Shown here piece after piece: positions 34,762-45,282 of a DNA stretch of 64,000 nucleotides; the first letter of the stretch is position 1; the number at the start of each line of letters is the position of its first letter. The notes under the pieces were generated by a model. The model was not told the DNA's origin and did no database searches. It was given only the letters and a program-made list of their open reading frames with translations. A program made the translations under genes and the position numbers. Origin of the DNA: Perkinsela sp. CCAP 1560/9 (lineage: Eukaryota; Protista; Euglenozoa: Kinetoplastea); NCBI GenBank assembly GCA_965644495.1, contig CBFFSA010000001.1, positions 1,240,001 to 1,304,000 on the forward strand. The letters are read 5' to 3'.

Positions 34762-36051
34762 ATGACTACGGAAACCACGAAACATGAGAATAGTTCAGTA
34801 CTGTCTCCCAAATCCAACTTCGTAAATACTGGGCCCACGCGACATAGAAATTATGTGCTCAATGCTAAGGAGCATTTCAAACTGTCTAACGAAGACTTTC
34901 ACACCGCGGAGAACTCAATTTTACTTTCGGACGCGAATTCTAATTATCTAACGTTTCAAGAAGAGATCACGCAGCATGACTCGCGCAAGTCTCTTAGTTT
35001 AGAACTACGTCACAAGCTGCTATCTATTTTATACGAAATAGCCGATGCTGAGCTGTCTGTGTCATCTTCGAAGAAGGCCTATGAGATCTTCCTACTTCCT
35101 GTTGAAGATCTGAAGTACAAACGGTCTGTACCGTTTCCAATTGATTTTGCTACCATTCATGCACGTCTGGCAGGGGACATTTATTGCACGCAGAAAGCCT
35201 TTGAAGTAGATCTTTTTGATCTCACTTCAAACATGATTTGGGCATATGGTCCCGATCACGAACTCGCGAGGTGTGCCATGCACTTAGAGAAAAGGTATCT
35301 TGAAATTGCAAGTCATCACGGTATCAAATTTCTGCGGTATGAAAACTCTTTACCCGAATCATTTGACAATCAAGTCTTTGCGTGGCAGCTGCAAGGACAT
35401 TTGTGGCAGGAATATCTTTCTCTTTGGACCCCTACTCGTACGGAAGTATCGAATATGGAATCCACCGATACGAATTCTCTCAATCTTTTAGATATTTTAA
35501 AATCGCTAGAAAATCCAAAATTACGTTTTGAAGGCATTGAAAATCGACTTCGCATGGGTTCCTACCGGGACTTGTTCACTTTTCACTGTGATATGGAGGC
35601 TGTTCTTCGTGACTGCTTTTTGGATCCTTTTTTTGACCCTAGACAACGTGAAACATTACGATTCTATGTCTTGGGTTCTTTGAAGTACCACGCAAAGTAT
35701 CGCTACCATGTTACTGAAATGCGAAATGAGGATACGAGCGATGAAATGTTAAGCGTCGATTTTCGACGACACCTTTTATCATCTTTGGAAACTCTTCAAC
35801 AGAGCCCATCGAATCTGGATGCTGCGTTTTCTTATCCTCCACTTGCCTTCAGTCCGCGATATATTCAAACTGTTCGCAACCCGATGGATTTGTACACAAT
35901 GCGATGTAAAGTTTATGCGGGGAAATATCTAACACGATTGCAAATTTTGGAAGATTTGAATCAAATTGCAGAAAATTCGGAATTATTTAATACTAGTAAC
36001 AGTTCGTACACATCGGCGGCCCGTGAACTGGCACGTTCTCTTCCAATTTGA
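34762..36051 (+). CDS. Multi-bromodomain protein
   Basis: PIDFATIHARL..IY, IENRLRMGSY and YIQTVRNPMDLYTM...KY...EDLNQIAENSELFN. Confidence 0.85.
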   Translation: MTTETTKHENSSVLSPKSNFVNTGPTRHRNYVLNAKEHFKLSNEDFHTAENSILLSDANSNYLTFQEEITQHDSRKSLSLELRHKLLSILYEIADAELSVSSSKKAYEIFLLPVEDLKYKRSVPFPIDFATIHARLAGDIYCTQKAFEVDLFDLTSNMIWAYGPDHELARCAMHLEKRYLEIASHHGIKFLRYENSLPESFDNQVFAWQLQGHLWQEYLSLWTPTRTEVSNMESTDTNSLNLLDILKSLENPKLRFEGIENRLRMGSYRDLFTFHCDMEAVLRDCFLDPFFDPRQRETLRFYVLGSLKYHAKYRYHVTEMRNEDTSDEMLSVDFRRHLLSSLETLQQSPSNLDAAFSYPPLAFSPRYIQTVRNPMDLYTMRCKVYAGKYLTRLQILEDLNQIAENSELFNTSNSSYTSAARELARSLPI

Positions 36052-36467
36052 TTTTTCCCTAATGCGCGTAGCTTTCAACAAACCAGATCTAAACTTTTTA
36101 GGCTGCGTGCTTTTTTACCTTGTACTGTATACAGATCACAACTTTTCCTACTGCTTCCTATTCTTACGACAGCTTTTCGCGAGACCAATTTACAACGTAT
36201 ATCGGATCATTCTTGGAGTGTGCCGATTATCTTTTTATCAATACTTTTCGTGAGATATTTTTAGCAAAATCTTATGCATTCCCCAAAAGGACCATTATGC
36301 ATTACGAACACTGACTACAGATGTAATGTCATGGTTAACACTCTTTGATACATCGCATTATAACCATACAAATATTTTCTAGGAATATTTATCCGAACAG
36401 TCTTTTAATATCTAGCAGTTTTTGAAAAAGTCGATTTCAAAACGTGTTTTGACGACACATAATTTCT

Positions 36468-38936
36468 ATGATCCCGAAGAGAGATATGGATACACTGCTA
36501 TACAGCGATGATATCGATATAACCTCCATGAGTATGGAGCAGCAGCTAGGCTTTCTAACTGATGCAAAACAAAAGTTATCGAACAAAATAGAAAAAAGTA
36601 GAAAAGTGCTGTTTTCTCTACGGGAAGAAATTGTCGTATCAGAAAAGGAATTAGTACAACAAAGAATCGAGAATTCGCAGCTAGTACAGGAAACTTCTCG
36701 AAGGTTGGATAAACTGCTGAAGTCGCAAAATAATGAAACGAACTTCAACGCTTCTCATCGCAGTGGAGTCCAACACGCATGCGACCCTCAGAAGCGTGCT
36801 AATCAAATTCTAAGTTTGTGTCAGTATTTTAACTTTCTGTCTGCTAAAGATTCTGCGGCTTTCCAAGAAAACTTAGAAGGTATCTCATGTTTTCTTACAG
36901 AACAAAGAAATGCTTATCTGCAGTCTCTTTTATATCTGCCGGCTGAGGGCGAAGCACACACTTTGTGGACATCTGAGCAGATAGAACTTCCTGAAAATAT
37001 TTATATGCTCTATTCTTTGATCACGCCTTTTTTTAAAGTCCCCTACGCCACAACCACTGTGCAACAAGTATGTTCCTTAACGACACTTTTACGTACGCTT
37101 GAAGATTTCACGCTACAGAAATCTCCTTCCGTACTCGTAGGAATGAGAAACATTTCTCTCTTAATTCTCTGGTGGAAGGAGCATCTCGTGGACGATTTTT
37201 CAACCTTCATCGGTCAACTTGAAAAACGTCAACACATCGAAGTCATTTTGGGCACTCTTTCTAATCTTGCGGGCCAGCAAGACTGGCCGAGCTCTAGTCT
37301 TCTTTCTGATACTTTAGGGTGTATGTTTCCCTTTTCCAACCTGGTAAGTGAAGCAGCTTCCTTGTCGCGTGTATACGATTCTATGATTGAAAACGAAGAT
37401 GTATGGCATACACAGCTGTTGGATCTTTACTTTTCTTCCAGTTTTGCTTCCTTAGAGTGGATTGAAACTTCTTTTGATGACTTCTGCAATCGCGCATCTG
37501 CTTATATGAAAGACTCGAGTGATAACAAACCTATTGTAGACTTTATCAAATCGTTATTCCACACTTATGCAGCTGTCGTTTACCGAGAGAGACTAATACT
37601 GCCTAAAATATTTTCAAGGCAAGAAGATGCACTCGGAAAATGGACTTCTCGTTTTCACGAATCAATTGTAATAAGAGACTTGAGCAGGATAATGAACCAC
37701 ACACAGATCATGCAGAGAGATAGCAAAAATAAAACGTCTATTCAGACGGAAGCTACCAACGCGACTGGAAATCATTTGAGCGAAAAAGGGCAATTAGATC
37801 TCTATTTTTTGACTTTGGAATCTGTATTGCATGAAGCCACATGTTATGGCGCATTCGTTAACTTAGTTTTCATTGATGGTGAAGATTTTCTTCAACCTTT
37901 TCGCTCGACAATACATCAGTTTCAGATGGCTTATTCCTGCGAAAGCTCTGAGTTCCTTTTCCTAAATAATGCCTTACAGTTTCACATAGGAGACATGCTA
38001 GAAAGTGAAGGTGATGCGGAACAGTTTTCTACAAAAATTGGAGCCTATCTAAATGATGCAGCGAAGTCAATCCTACGTCTTCGAGTTCTCCTCCTAGCTG
38101 AGTATGTCTCAAAGAGTCTCAGTGAGTCACTTTGTCATATCGTAAGCTCCATATCCGAAATAGTTACGCACAAATTCCAAAAGTTGAAAATTAACTCGGA
38201 AAAGAGAGTCACTTCCTTGTTAGAAATGGTACATAAAGGAACGAATGCGGGTGGCGCAGGACTTTTTTCTTCTTGGAAGGTCTCTACGTCATCCGCCACA
38301 CCAGCAACAGAAATTGAAGAGTGTAGTTTTCATGTGCATGAGGCTCAAACCCTATTTGCTTCTTGGGTGGACTCTCTGAGAATTGTCTCACGAAATTTAG
38401 AGTCCTTCTTTGTTGATAATAACTGTAAGCATGAGCCGGAAGATGCGCAACCCTCATGGATGAAGCTTTGGAAAAAGACGCTTCAAAGACTAAACGAAGA
38501 TATTAATTCCGTAACAAAACTTTTTGCATATGCCTGCGTTACGCAAGCCTTACATCACTTAGTAAAGCAACAGAGCAAGAAAGATTTTGAGGGAAAAACA
38601 ATTCTTCCCACATGTACGGCAGCGTGCAATTACGTTTGCTCTTGGCTACGTAAGGAAGTATCTCAGTTTCCCAATCATTCTCAATCCATGTCCCTCTGCT
38701 ATTGTCTATTCCTGTTGGAAGGGCTTTACAAGGGGCTAACTCTTCACGTTTTGAACGTTCGCACCTCTGAGGCGGGCCGCAGGGCCTTGCGTCAAGATCT
38801 TTCTGGCTACAGAAAATTTGCTCAAGAAGTTTTGAATCCTTTTTCCAACAATATCCGCGAATTAGAAAATGAAAAAGACAGAGTTCTATCCTCTTTTGAT
38901 GCTTTATTTCATGTGAAACCCTACTGGGAAACTTGA
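36468..38936 (+). CDS. SEC10: Exocyst component Sec10/EXOC5
   Basis: N-terminal coiled coil, QKRA..LCQYF, KQQSKKDF...CTAAC, H....SEAG...L..D...Y. Confidence 0.75.
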   Translation: MIPKRDMDTLLYSDDIDITSMSMEQQLGFLTDAKQKLSNKIEKSRKVLFSLREEIVVSEKELVQQRIENSQLVQETSRRLDKLLKSQNNETNFNASHRSGVQHACDPQKRANQILSLCQYFNFLSAKDSAAFQENLEGISCFLTEQRNAYLQSLLYLPAEGEAHTLWTSEQIELPENIYMLYSLITPFFKVPYATTTVQQVCSLTTLLRTLEDFTLQKSPSVLVGMRNISLLILWWKEHLVDDFSTFIGQLEKRQHIEVILGTLSNLAGQQDWPSSSLLSDTLGCMFPFSNLVSEAASLSRVYDSMIENEDVWHTQLLDLYFSSSFASLEWIETSFDDFCNRASAYMKDSSDNKPIVDFIKSLFHTYAAVVYRERLILPKIFSRQEDALGKWTSRFHESIVIRDLSRIMNHTQIMQRDSKNKTSIQTEATNATGNHLSEKGQLDLYFLTLESVLHEATCYGAFVNLVFIDGEDFLQPFRSTIHQFQMAYSCESSEFLFLNNALQFHIGDMLESEGDAEQFSTKIGAYLNDAAKSILRLRVLLLAEYVSKSLSESLCHIVSSISEIVTHKFQKLKINSEKRVTSLLEMVHKGTNAGGAGLFSSWKVSTSSATPATEIEECSFHVHEAQTLFASWVDSLRIVSRNLESFFVDNNCKHEPEDAQPSWMKLWKKTLQRLNEDINSVTKLFAYACVTQALHHLVKQQSKKDFEGKTILPTCTAACNYVCSWLRKEVSQFPNHSQSMSLCYCLFLLEGLYKGLTLHVLNVRTSEAGRRALRQDLSGYRKFAQEVLNPFSNNIRELENEKDRVLSSFDALFHVKPYWET

Positions 38937-39098
38937 ATCTCATTGTAAACTTTTCAATTAATTACTTCATTTCCCCTAGGATTTGGTGTGTGTAAGAAAT
39001 GGTATAGTAAACGAAATAAAGTAGTATAGTAAAGAGTATGCTAAATATAGTAAAAGAGTACCGGAAAAATCTTCTTTATTTTGAAATAAACTATTCAA

Positions 39099-39974
39099 AT
39101 GCCGGAAGACACATCCGTTCCATTGCAGTATGCCTACAAAGAGGAAGGTCAAGATGTGGATGACGGGTTACAAGGTTACGAGTCCCAAGAAGAAGAACTT
39201 GCAAAGGAAACCTTACGGGTTTTGCAACGGAATTTGCGTGAAGAAGATTTTCAATATTTGACAAACTCCGATGAAGTTCCTCTGCCGAATAACGTACAAA
39301 ATAGGAACCCAAGTAGTGAAATAGAAGCAGCACTGGCTAGTCCGCTAAATGCGGCTAAAATACTTAGCAGTGAGACTTCAAAGCTTGATGCAAAGCAACT
39401 TCCTGATGAGATGCTTGCTTTGAGCCGTGAAATACACAAGCAATTAGAATTCTTAGTTGTTCCCACAACCAAAAAAGAAATTGAAGACACAGTGATTCGT
39501 CTAAAGTTTTGTATGTATGCATTATTTTTGCTAAATTTATGCGTCGAAGATGAGGACTACGAATCGCATCCTGTTTTACACAACGTACACGAACTGCTTC
39601 AACGAGTGAGAGATATTTCTGTGCCTTCATCCATAATAGAAAAGGAGAACAAGGCTCTTCTGCGAAAAAAACGAAAGCTTAAGGAAGAGAAATCATCTTT
39701 GGATTCAGGTCCTGAACTTGCAGCGACGAATAAAGGAAGTTCGGAGGTCGCACCGCGTACAAGTGCGCCGCAGGAAATTGTAAAAAATAGGGGTCTTACT
39801 CGTGCTCGACCCAAAGATAGGAAGAACCCTCGTGTGAACCAGCGTAGAAAATATCGCCGTGGTCTTCGTAAAGTACGAAGCGTTTCAAAATCCTTTCGGC
39901 CACAAAGTGCAGACCGATTTGATGGAGTTCGGAATATTCGATCGCATATTTTGCGAAGCCGCGCACTTTCATAA
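39099..39974 (+). CDS. SAS10: Sas10/Utp3 SSU processome protein
   Basis: HPV motif and C-terminal IVKNRGLTRARPKDRKNPRVNQRRKY. Confidence 0.88.
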   Translation: MPEDTSVPLQYAYKEEGQDVDDGLQGYESQEEELAKETLRVLQRNLREEDFQYLTNSDEVPLPNNVQNRNPSSEIEAALASPLNAAKILSSETSKLDAKQLPDEMLALSREIHKQLEFLVVPTTKKEIEDTVIRLKFCMYALFLLNLCVEDEDYESHPVLHNVHELLQRVRDISVPSSIIEKENKALLRKKRKLKEEKSSLDSGPELAATNKGSSEVAPRTSAPQEIVKNRGLTRARPKDRKNPRVNQRRKYRRGLRKVRSVSKSFRPQSADRFDGVRNIRSHILRSRALS

Positions 39975-40200
39975 TCTTTTAAGAAAATTGAAATGCTCGG
40001 CTCTTTTTTCGTACTTTCTATTTCTTTTTCGTAATGAAATTTTTAGGAAACACGATTTTTATATCAAATACTTATTCCAAGATCTAGACAAATTTTTAAC
40101 TCCACAGCTTTATTTTGTTCCCTTTTCTTCCCTACGACTCGTTCGAACTATCTCTTTCTCTCTCTTTCCCTCTTCCCTTCTCACCCGATCTCCTGCATGG

Positions 40201-41679
40201 ATGCGAATCCCCCACTCCCCCACACGAAGAATATCAAAGCCCCAACCCTACACTGCTCCCCCTTCTTCCCCGCCCCCCTCCTCCTCTCTCTCCCTTCCCC
40301 CTCATCTCCACACCCGCTGGCAACGTAAAGTCCAACACCACAGTCAAACCACCCTCCCCGCCGTACTCTCTGAACACTACCATCTCACCCTTCACCCTGG
40401 ACTCACCATCGACCCCCATACCTTCCTGTTGTATCCGAAAATACAAAAAAGTGGAACGCACCCTTCTTCTTTTTCCTCCACTTCCAGCTCCTCCTTTTCT
40501 CCTCCATCCTCATCCTCTTTATGCTCCTCCTCCTTTTCTCCCCCCATCCTCCCCGGCTCTGTTCTCCTCAGCCTCCCCTTCTCCTCGCTCTGGACCTCCA
40601 ACCTCTCCCAGTGCCCCCCGACCCACAATCTCTGCGACCACCTCGCGCTCTCCCTCTACCACGCCTTCCTGCACTCCGACCCCTACGCTGTGTACTGCCG
40701 ACAAACCCAACATCTGAAATTCCCTCCCAACCTCCCCTTCCTCTCCCCAGACGCCTTCGAATCCCCTCGATGGCGATTTGAGTGTCAACACTTTTTAGGG
40801 GACTATTTAAAGGAATTAATGAGAAATCATAATAAAGAAGTAGAATGTAAGAAGTTACAAGTTAATAAAAAGGAAAATAAACATTTTAATGTATTAGAGA
40901 GTAATAAGGGTACAGGTCATGAAGGTGTAATCCAATTCATGAAGAATGAAAAGAAACGCTTAAACGAATTTAGTACGAAGGATAATAATAAATATTTCGG
41001 TCCATTAGGTAATAAGAAAGCAGACAATAAAAAGGTAAACCAATTCAGTACTAGCCATAATTCACAAATTCCACTACACGAGTGGAAATGGTCCATTAGC
41101 TCAGCCCTACGCTGTGGGCTAGAAATCACTCACGGGGTTGAGACCGTCTTAGTTCCTTATTTATATGAGATGATGACACATGAGGGGGAGCGACCCGATG
41201 GGGGGGTAGCGCTCTGTGTCCCGCAAGAGTGTGGGGATGTGAGGCTAAATGTGTTGGCGGGGGTACAGCACGTGGAGAGGCCGTATTTGCATGTCGTAGC
41301 GTTACGCACGATTAGCGGGAGAGAGGGGGGAGGGGGGGGGAAAGAAGAAGGGGAAGGAAATGGATTACGGGGCAATGGGAGAGAGAAGGAGAAGAAAAAA
41401 AGTCGGCGCTCTTTTTTATCTTCCTTGACTTCGTCTTCTCCACCTCCTTTGCTTCGTCCCTTGACTCGGTCGTATTTGCCTCTGGGATGGGAATGTCCCG
41501 AGTCAAGGGATGGTTGGCGTGCGGCACATGGGGGGTACGGAGGGACTTGGCGTCAACAGGAAAACGAGGGGGTGGATTCCAAGGTGGATAATGTAAAAAC
41601 GCCACAGGAACTTGAGGAGGTTTTGGGAAAAGCACTGGGCTACGGATTTCAAAATGCAGAGAGGTTGCTCAATGGGTAA
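40201..41679 (+). CDS. Divergent SET-domain (Rubisco LSMT-like) protein with low-complexity inserts
   Basis: ILPGSVLLSLP, WKWSISSA, LVPYLYEMMTH, VVALRTI; start at MRIPHS is inferred. Confidence 0.5.
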   Translation: MRIPHSPTRRISKPQPYTAPPSSPPPSSSLSLPPHLHTRWQRKVQHHSQTTLPAVLSEHYHLTLHPGLTIDPHTFLLYPKIQKSGTHPSSFSSTSSSSFSPPSSSSLCSSSFSPPILPGSVLLSLPFSSLWTSNLSQCPPTHNLCDHLALSLYHAFLHSDPYAVYCRQTQHLKFPPNLPFLSPDAFESPRWRFECQHFLGDYLKELMRNHNKEVECKKLQVNKKENKHFNVLESNKGTGHEGVIQFMKNEKKRLNEFSTKDNNKYFGPLGNKKADNKKVNQFSTSHNSQIPLHEWKWSISSALRCGLEITHGVETVLVPYLYEMMTHEGERPDGGVALCVPQECGDVRLNVLAGVQHVERPYLHVVALRTISGREGGGGGKEEGEGNGLRGNGREKEKKKSRRSFLSSLTSSSPPPLLRPLTRSYLPLGWECPESRDGWRAAHGGYGGTWRQQENEGVDSKVDNVKTPQELEEVLGKALGYGFQNAERLLNG

Positions 41680-41814
41680 GTGGGTGCAAATTTTATAATT
41701 CTTTCAGACTAAATGGGTTGTCACTCATCGTCCTAATGTGGATTATGCTTGTGAGTAACCACTATTTTTTATGATTCTTGTATTCATATTTTCTTTTTTG
41801 GTTGTAGTCCCACG

Positions 41815-42768
41815 ATGGAATATTTTAGCGCATCGGATTTTGAGGCGCCTGCAACCAAGCGGCGAAAAAAGGAACACGTCCCTGGAAAAGTACATTTTGC
41901 AACACTGCCACAAGAGTATCAACTTGCAAAACTTATTTGTGACATCAAGTCCCCACATTCATCTTGGAACATTACTACACCGGCATGTGCGTGGGATGGT
42001 GTGTCTTGCACTAAGGATGGACGGATCGATGAAATTTATTGGAGGAACACTCCATTAGGAGGGACCGTGCATTGGGAATATTTGCCAGAATCATTGACAT
42101 ATCTTGATGCTTGTGAGTGCGAGTTAGAAGGAGAATTGAATTTTGACACATTTCCTCCGTACTTGGAAATGTTAGATCTTGACCGTAATCTTTTCTCGGG
42201 GCCCTTGGACTTGAGACTGCTACCTCAGTACCTGGATGCGTTTCGAGTGGAAGAAAACTGTTTCCAGGGACCCATTGATTTGACATCACTGCCGAAAGGC
42301 CTTAGAGTATTGATGGTGGACCACAATGAACTCTCAGGAAATATAGACCTAAAACTACTCCCTCATGGTTTGCAAGACTTGGCTTTGAACAATAATGTTT
42401 TTGAAGGCAATGTTGATTTAAGTCTCCTTCCTTCCAGTTTGACATCTTTAAACTTAAATGGCAACAATTTCTTTGGTGCAGTGGATCTCTGTCATTTACC
42501 TGATAAACTAGAATTCCTTGGTCTTGGAGGTAACGCTTTTACAGGAACACTTGAATTGCGCGATTTACCTTCCAGTTTGGAGATTCTTTCCTTACATGAA
42601 AACGAGTTTTCAGGGCGTGTGTACTTTGACTCTCTTCCCAAAGCTTTGTCCGTGCTTGAATTATATTACAACGAAGACCTTCATGGCGAATTTAATGTGA
42701 CCCTTTTTCCTGAAACACTGGGAGCTTTTTCCTTCACATATTACAATACAAAGATTACAGAATGTTAA
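41815..42768 (+). CDS. LRR-family protein 7
   Basis: PATKRRKK, LPQEY cap, ACAWDGVSC, LRRs. Confidence 0.92.
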   Translation: MEYFSASDFEAPATKRRKKEHVPGKVHFATLPQEYQLAKLICDIKSPHSSWNITTPACAWDGVSCTKDGRIDEIYWRNTPLGGTVHWEYLPESLTYLDACECELEGELNFDTFPPYLEMLDLDRNLFSGPLDLRLLPQYLDAFRVEENCFQGPIDLTSLPKGLRVLMVDHNELSGNIDLKLLPHGLQDLALNNNVFEGNVDLSLLPSSLTSLNLNGNNFFGAVDLCHLPDKLEFLGLGGNAFTGTLELRDLPSSLEILSLHENEFSGRVYFDSLPKALSVLELYYNEDLHGEFNVTLFPETLGAFSFTYYNTKITEC

Positions 42769-42784
42769 ATACATACGTATGTTG

Positions 42785-43610
42785 GGTGGAAGGGGACTTT
42801 CTTTCCCCCAAAAAAAACTTAAATTTTTTCACGGTGGTTTCTCAGACAAAATTTCAGTATTATCCAAGCGAGTGATTAAGCATCATATTTTTGCTACTTA
42901 CACTACTCCGCTCTATCATTTTTCTTTGCACAGGCTGTAAAATGTATGACCGTATCACTTTTTGTAGCTGGGAACCTTGGATGACGTGATGATAGAAGCC
43001 TGTACTGTACGATGTGAAATAGGGAGTTCTTGTAATCCGCTGTTTAAGGAATTTGAAATTATTTTCCAGGCTCAGAACCGGAAAAAGAAAAAGAAGACAC
43101 GGAGGGCTCTGCAGCGCCAACCGTTAGGGTAGAGTCTCAGGTCACCGACCTTCATTGTCTTGCTACCCCCTTCCCAGACGGCACTCGACGCCTTGCGGCC
43201 CGAGCACGGCTACCCAACCGTAGCTACCAGGACGGGCGTCCACCCCGTTGCATCGTGTAGGCTGTGTCTCAAGCCTCCTTTGCGTAAGCAGCTCGCAATT
43301 TAGCGGCTGCGCTGGAGCCTGGTTCAGCTCGGCGGTTCCGGGTCGGTCCTCCAAGGGAACGGGGTTGGGTGTGGGCCTTGAAGGCACTCCTGATCGCTTT
43401 CCCTTTGTGAGGCCGCCAGGTTGCAAGTTTTGTCGATAACGGGAATCGAACCAACAACCTGCAGGTTGTAAGGCCCACCGTCTACCAACTACGCCCGCAC
43501 CGCCTCAGAACCGGAACTAAGGTAGAGCTCATAAATTTTCTTGTTTGTTACATTTTATTAAGGAAAGTACGAAGTTAAAATTTTTTGGGGGAAAAACGTC
43601 CCTTTCGACC
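42785..43610. mobile_element. Degenerate TIR element hosting the SINE
   Basis: ggtggaaggggactttctttcccccaaaaaa versus ttttttgggggaaaaacgtccctttcgacc (imperfect inverted repeat); no TSD seen. Confidence 0.5.
43084..43503 (-). mobile_element. tRNA-derived SINE
   Basis: Minus-strand head with A box (GGCGTAGTTGG) and B box (GGTTCGATTCC), GC-rich body, TTCTTTTTCTTT tail, 13-bp direct repeat ctcagaaccggaa at 43071-43083 and 43504-43516. Confidence 0.85.
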
Positions 43611-44059
43611 ATCTGTTGTGTTGAAAATAAGTTGGTTTTTTTATTATTGAACGTCTTAAATACTGGCTCTATGCGCAAGAACATATTGTCGATTCAACAT
43701 CTTGTTTTAAACGCTGTCCTTTAAACTTTACCGGTCTAAACTTAATTACGTCCAAATTTAATTAAGCGCAAAGGCAGATTTTGGGCTTAAGGATCGATTT
43801 GGGCAAGGATCGAATGAAACAAAAGCGTATACAGGTATATCAGGCGCCAAAACGAAAAAAAATTATGTTCTCTGGGGCCTACGCCATGAAGCGCTCGACC
43901 ATGACCCCATCCATTGGGGGAAAAACGTCCCTTTTGACCATCTGTTGTGTTGAAAATAAGTTGATTTTTTTATTATTGAACGTCTTAAATGCTGGTTCTA
44001 CACGCAAGAACATGTTGTCGATTCAACATCTTGTTTTAAACGCTGTCCTTTAAACTTTA
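43585..44059 (+). repeat. ~146-bp direct duplication
   Basis: 43585-43730 and 43914-44059 are near-identical. Confidence 0.9.
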
Positions 44060-44154
44060 GCAATTGCATAACTCTCATGGTAGAAATCTTGTGTTGGCAC
44101 ATTGTCTTTCTCTACTATGCATTATATTTTTACGCGCTTACCTAAATTGTTGCA

Positions 44155-45282
44155 ATGAACAATGATTTACCTGTATCGGAGTCCAAATCCGAGAAGAATG
44201 ACGACGGTAACATTCCCACAACAGACGTCTCACTGGTGACCGCTCAAACTCCCTCCGAAGAGGAATCCTTTACCCAAAAGCACAATTACCCCACCGTTCG
44301 AGGCATTGCCAAACGAAAAACAGCTTTTCCTACCCGAAAACACTCATCCCCCATCTCTCGCGGAACTAGCTCAACAGCTCCCCCTCCCTCTCCCCCTCTT
44401 CAACCCCCTCATCAAGTCACCCCGGAAACCTACGAAAACGCACGGCAACGTATTTTCGGTTCCACAACTTCCTCCGAACCAACACCTGCTACTGGCACTT
44501 TCCCCCCCTCCCCCTCCCCCATACTAGAAACTCTCCCCGATCCGTTTGAGCGTGAGGAATACCGCCGAGACTCCTTCCCGTGGTCCGGTCACGTGTTTCT
44601 TCCTAACCACCACAACCTCTCCTGTCACGACGACCCCCAGCGTGTTCCCTACGCCGTAGGCACGATGCTTCCGCGACGTGCACATCTACGAAATCCTCTT
44701 CATTATCCCTATGCTCCCGGAATGAGGGCAAACTCATTTTCACAGGCCTCTCATCCTCCTTATCCTTCTTCATATGGTCATGTACAGCCTGGGATGGAAC
44801 CGTTAGCCCTTCCCCATGATGCTGAATCGTTTGTAATCCCCCATGGAGCTCTTCACGGAGGTCCAGTAGGACCGATACAGCCGATGGGCTGTTATTCAGG
44901 GTCTGCAATCTCTTCTGCAACATGGGGATATGGACAGCCTCATGGTGGGATTCCACCAATAACAAGAATAGAGGGTGAAAGATCTCATTTTGTGGATTCT
45001 AATTACAGGAGGCCGTTGACACAGCCTCACGTGTCAGGGAGCTATGCCTATGGACAGCATGCATCTCTTGTGGAGATGAATTCAATGTCTTTTTCGCATC
45101 CGGCTTCGGGATCTGTGAATTCATCTTCCGCGAGTTATGTATATGCTTCGGGTCTTCCACCGGTGTATCCACTGGAGTCTTCTTTTACGTCAGGAATGCC
45201 TGTTCCGGGGCAATCGGGAGAAGGTGGGGGAGCATCGTACTCACATCGGAACTTGAATGACTTTTCTCTTCCCGAAAGATAG
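44155..45282 (+). CDS. SUZ-motif, Pro/Ser-rich protein
   Basis: YENARQRIFG SUZ-type motif in a low-complexity protein. Confidence 0.65.
   Translation: MNNDLPVSESKSEKNDDGNIPTTDVSLVTAQTPSEEESFTQKHNYPTVRGIAKRKTAFPTRKHSSPISRGTSSTAPPPSPPLQPPHQVTPETYENARQRIFGSTTSSEPTPATGTFPPSPSPILETLPDPFEREEYRRDSFPWSGHVFLPNHHNLSCHDDPQRVPYAVGTMLPRRAHLRNPLHYPYAPGMRANSFSQASHPPYPSSYGHVQPGMEPLALPHDAESFVIPHGALHGGPVGPIQPMGCYSGSAISSATWGYGQPHGGIPPITRIEGERSHFVDSNYRRPLTQPHVSGSYAYGQHASLVEMNSMSFSHPASGSVNSSSASYVYASGLPPVYPLESSFTSGMPVPGQSGEGGGASYSHRNLNDFSLPER

Noticed and set aside
39859-40200. 5' ORF extensions from non-ATG or upstream starts (also 6612, 25187, 26949, 33594, 45427, 61002)
   Set aside because: T-rich, pyrimidine-tract-like intergenic sequence; downstream ATGs fit the protein families better.
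43430-43503. Functional tRNA gene (Val-like, TAC)
   Set aside because: Acceptor and T stems pair poorly and the anticodon loop is 8 nt; it is the head of a TSD-flanked element.
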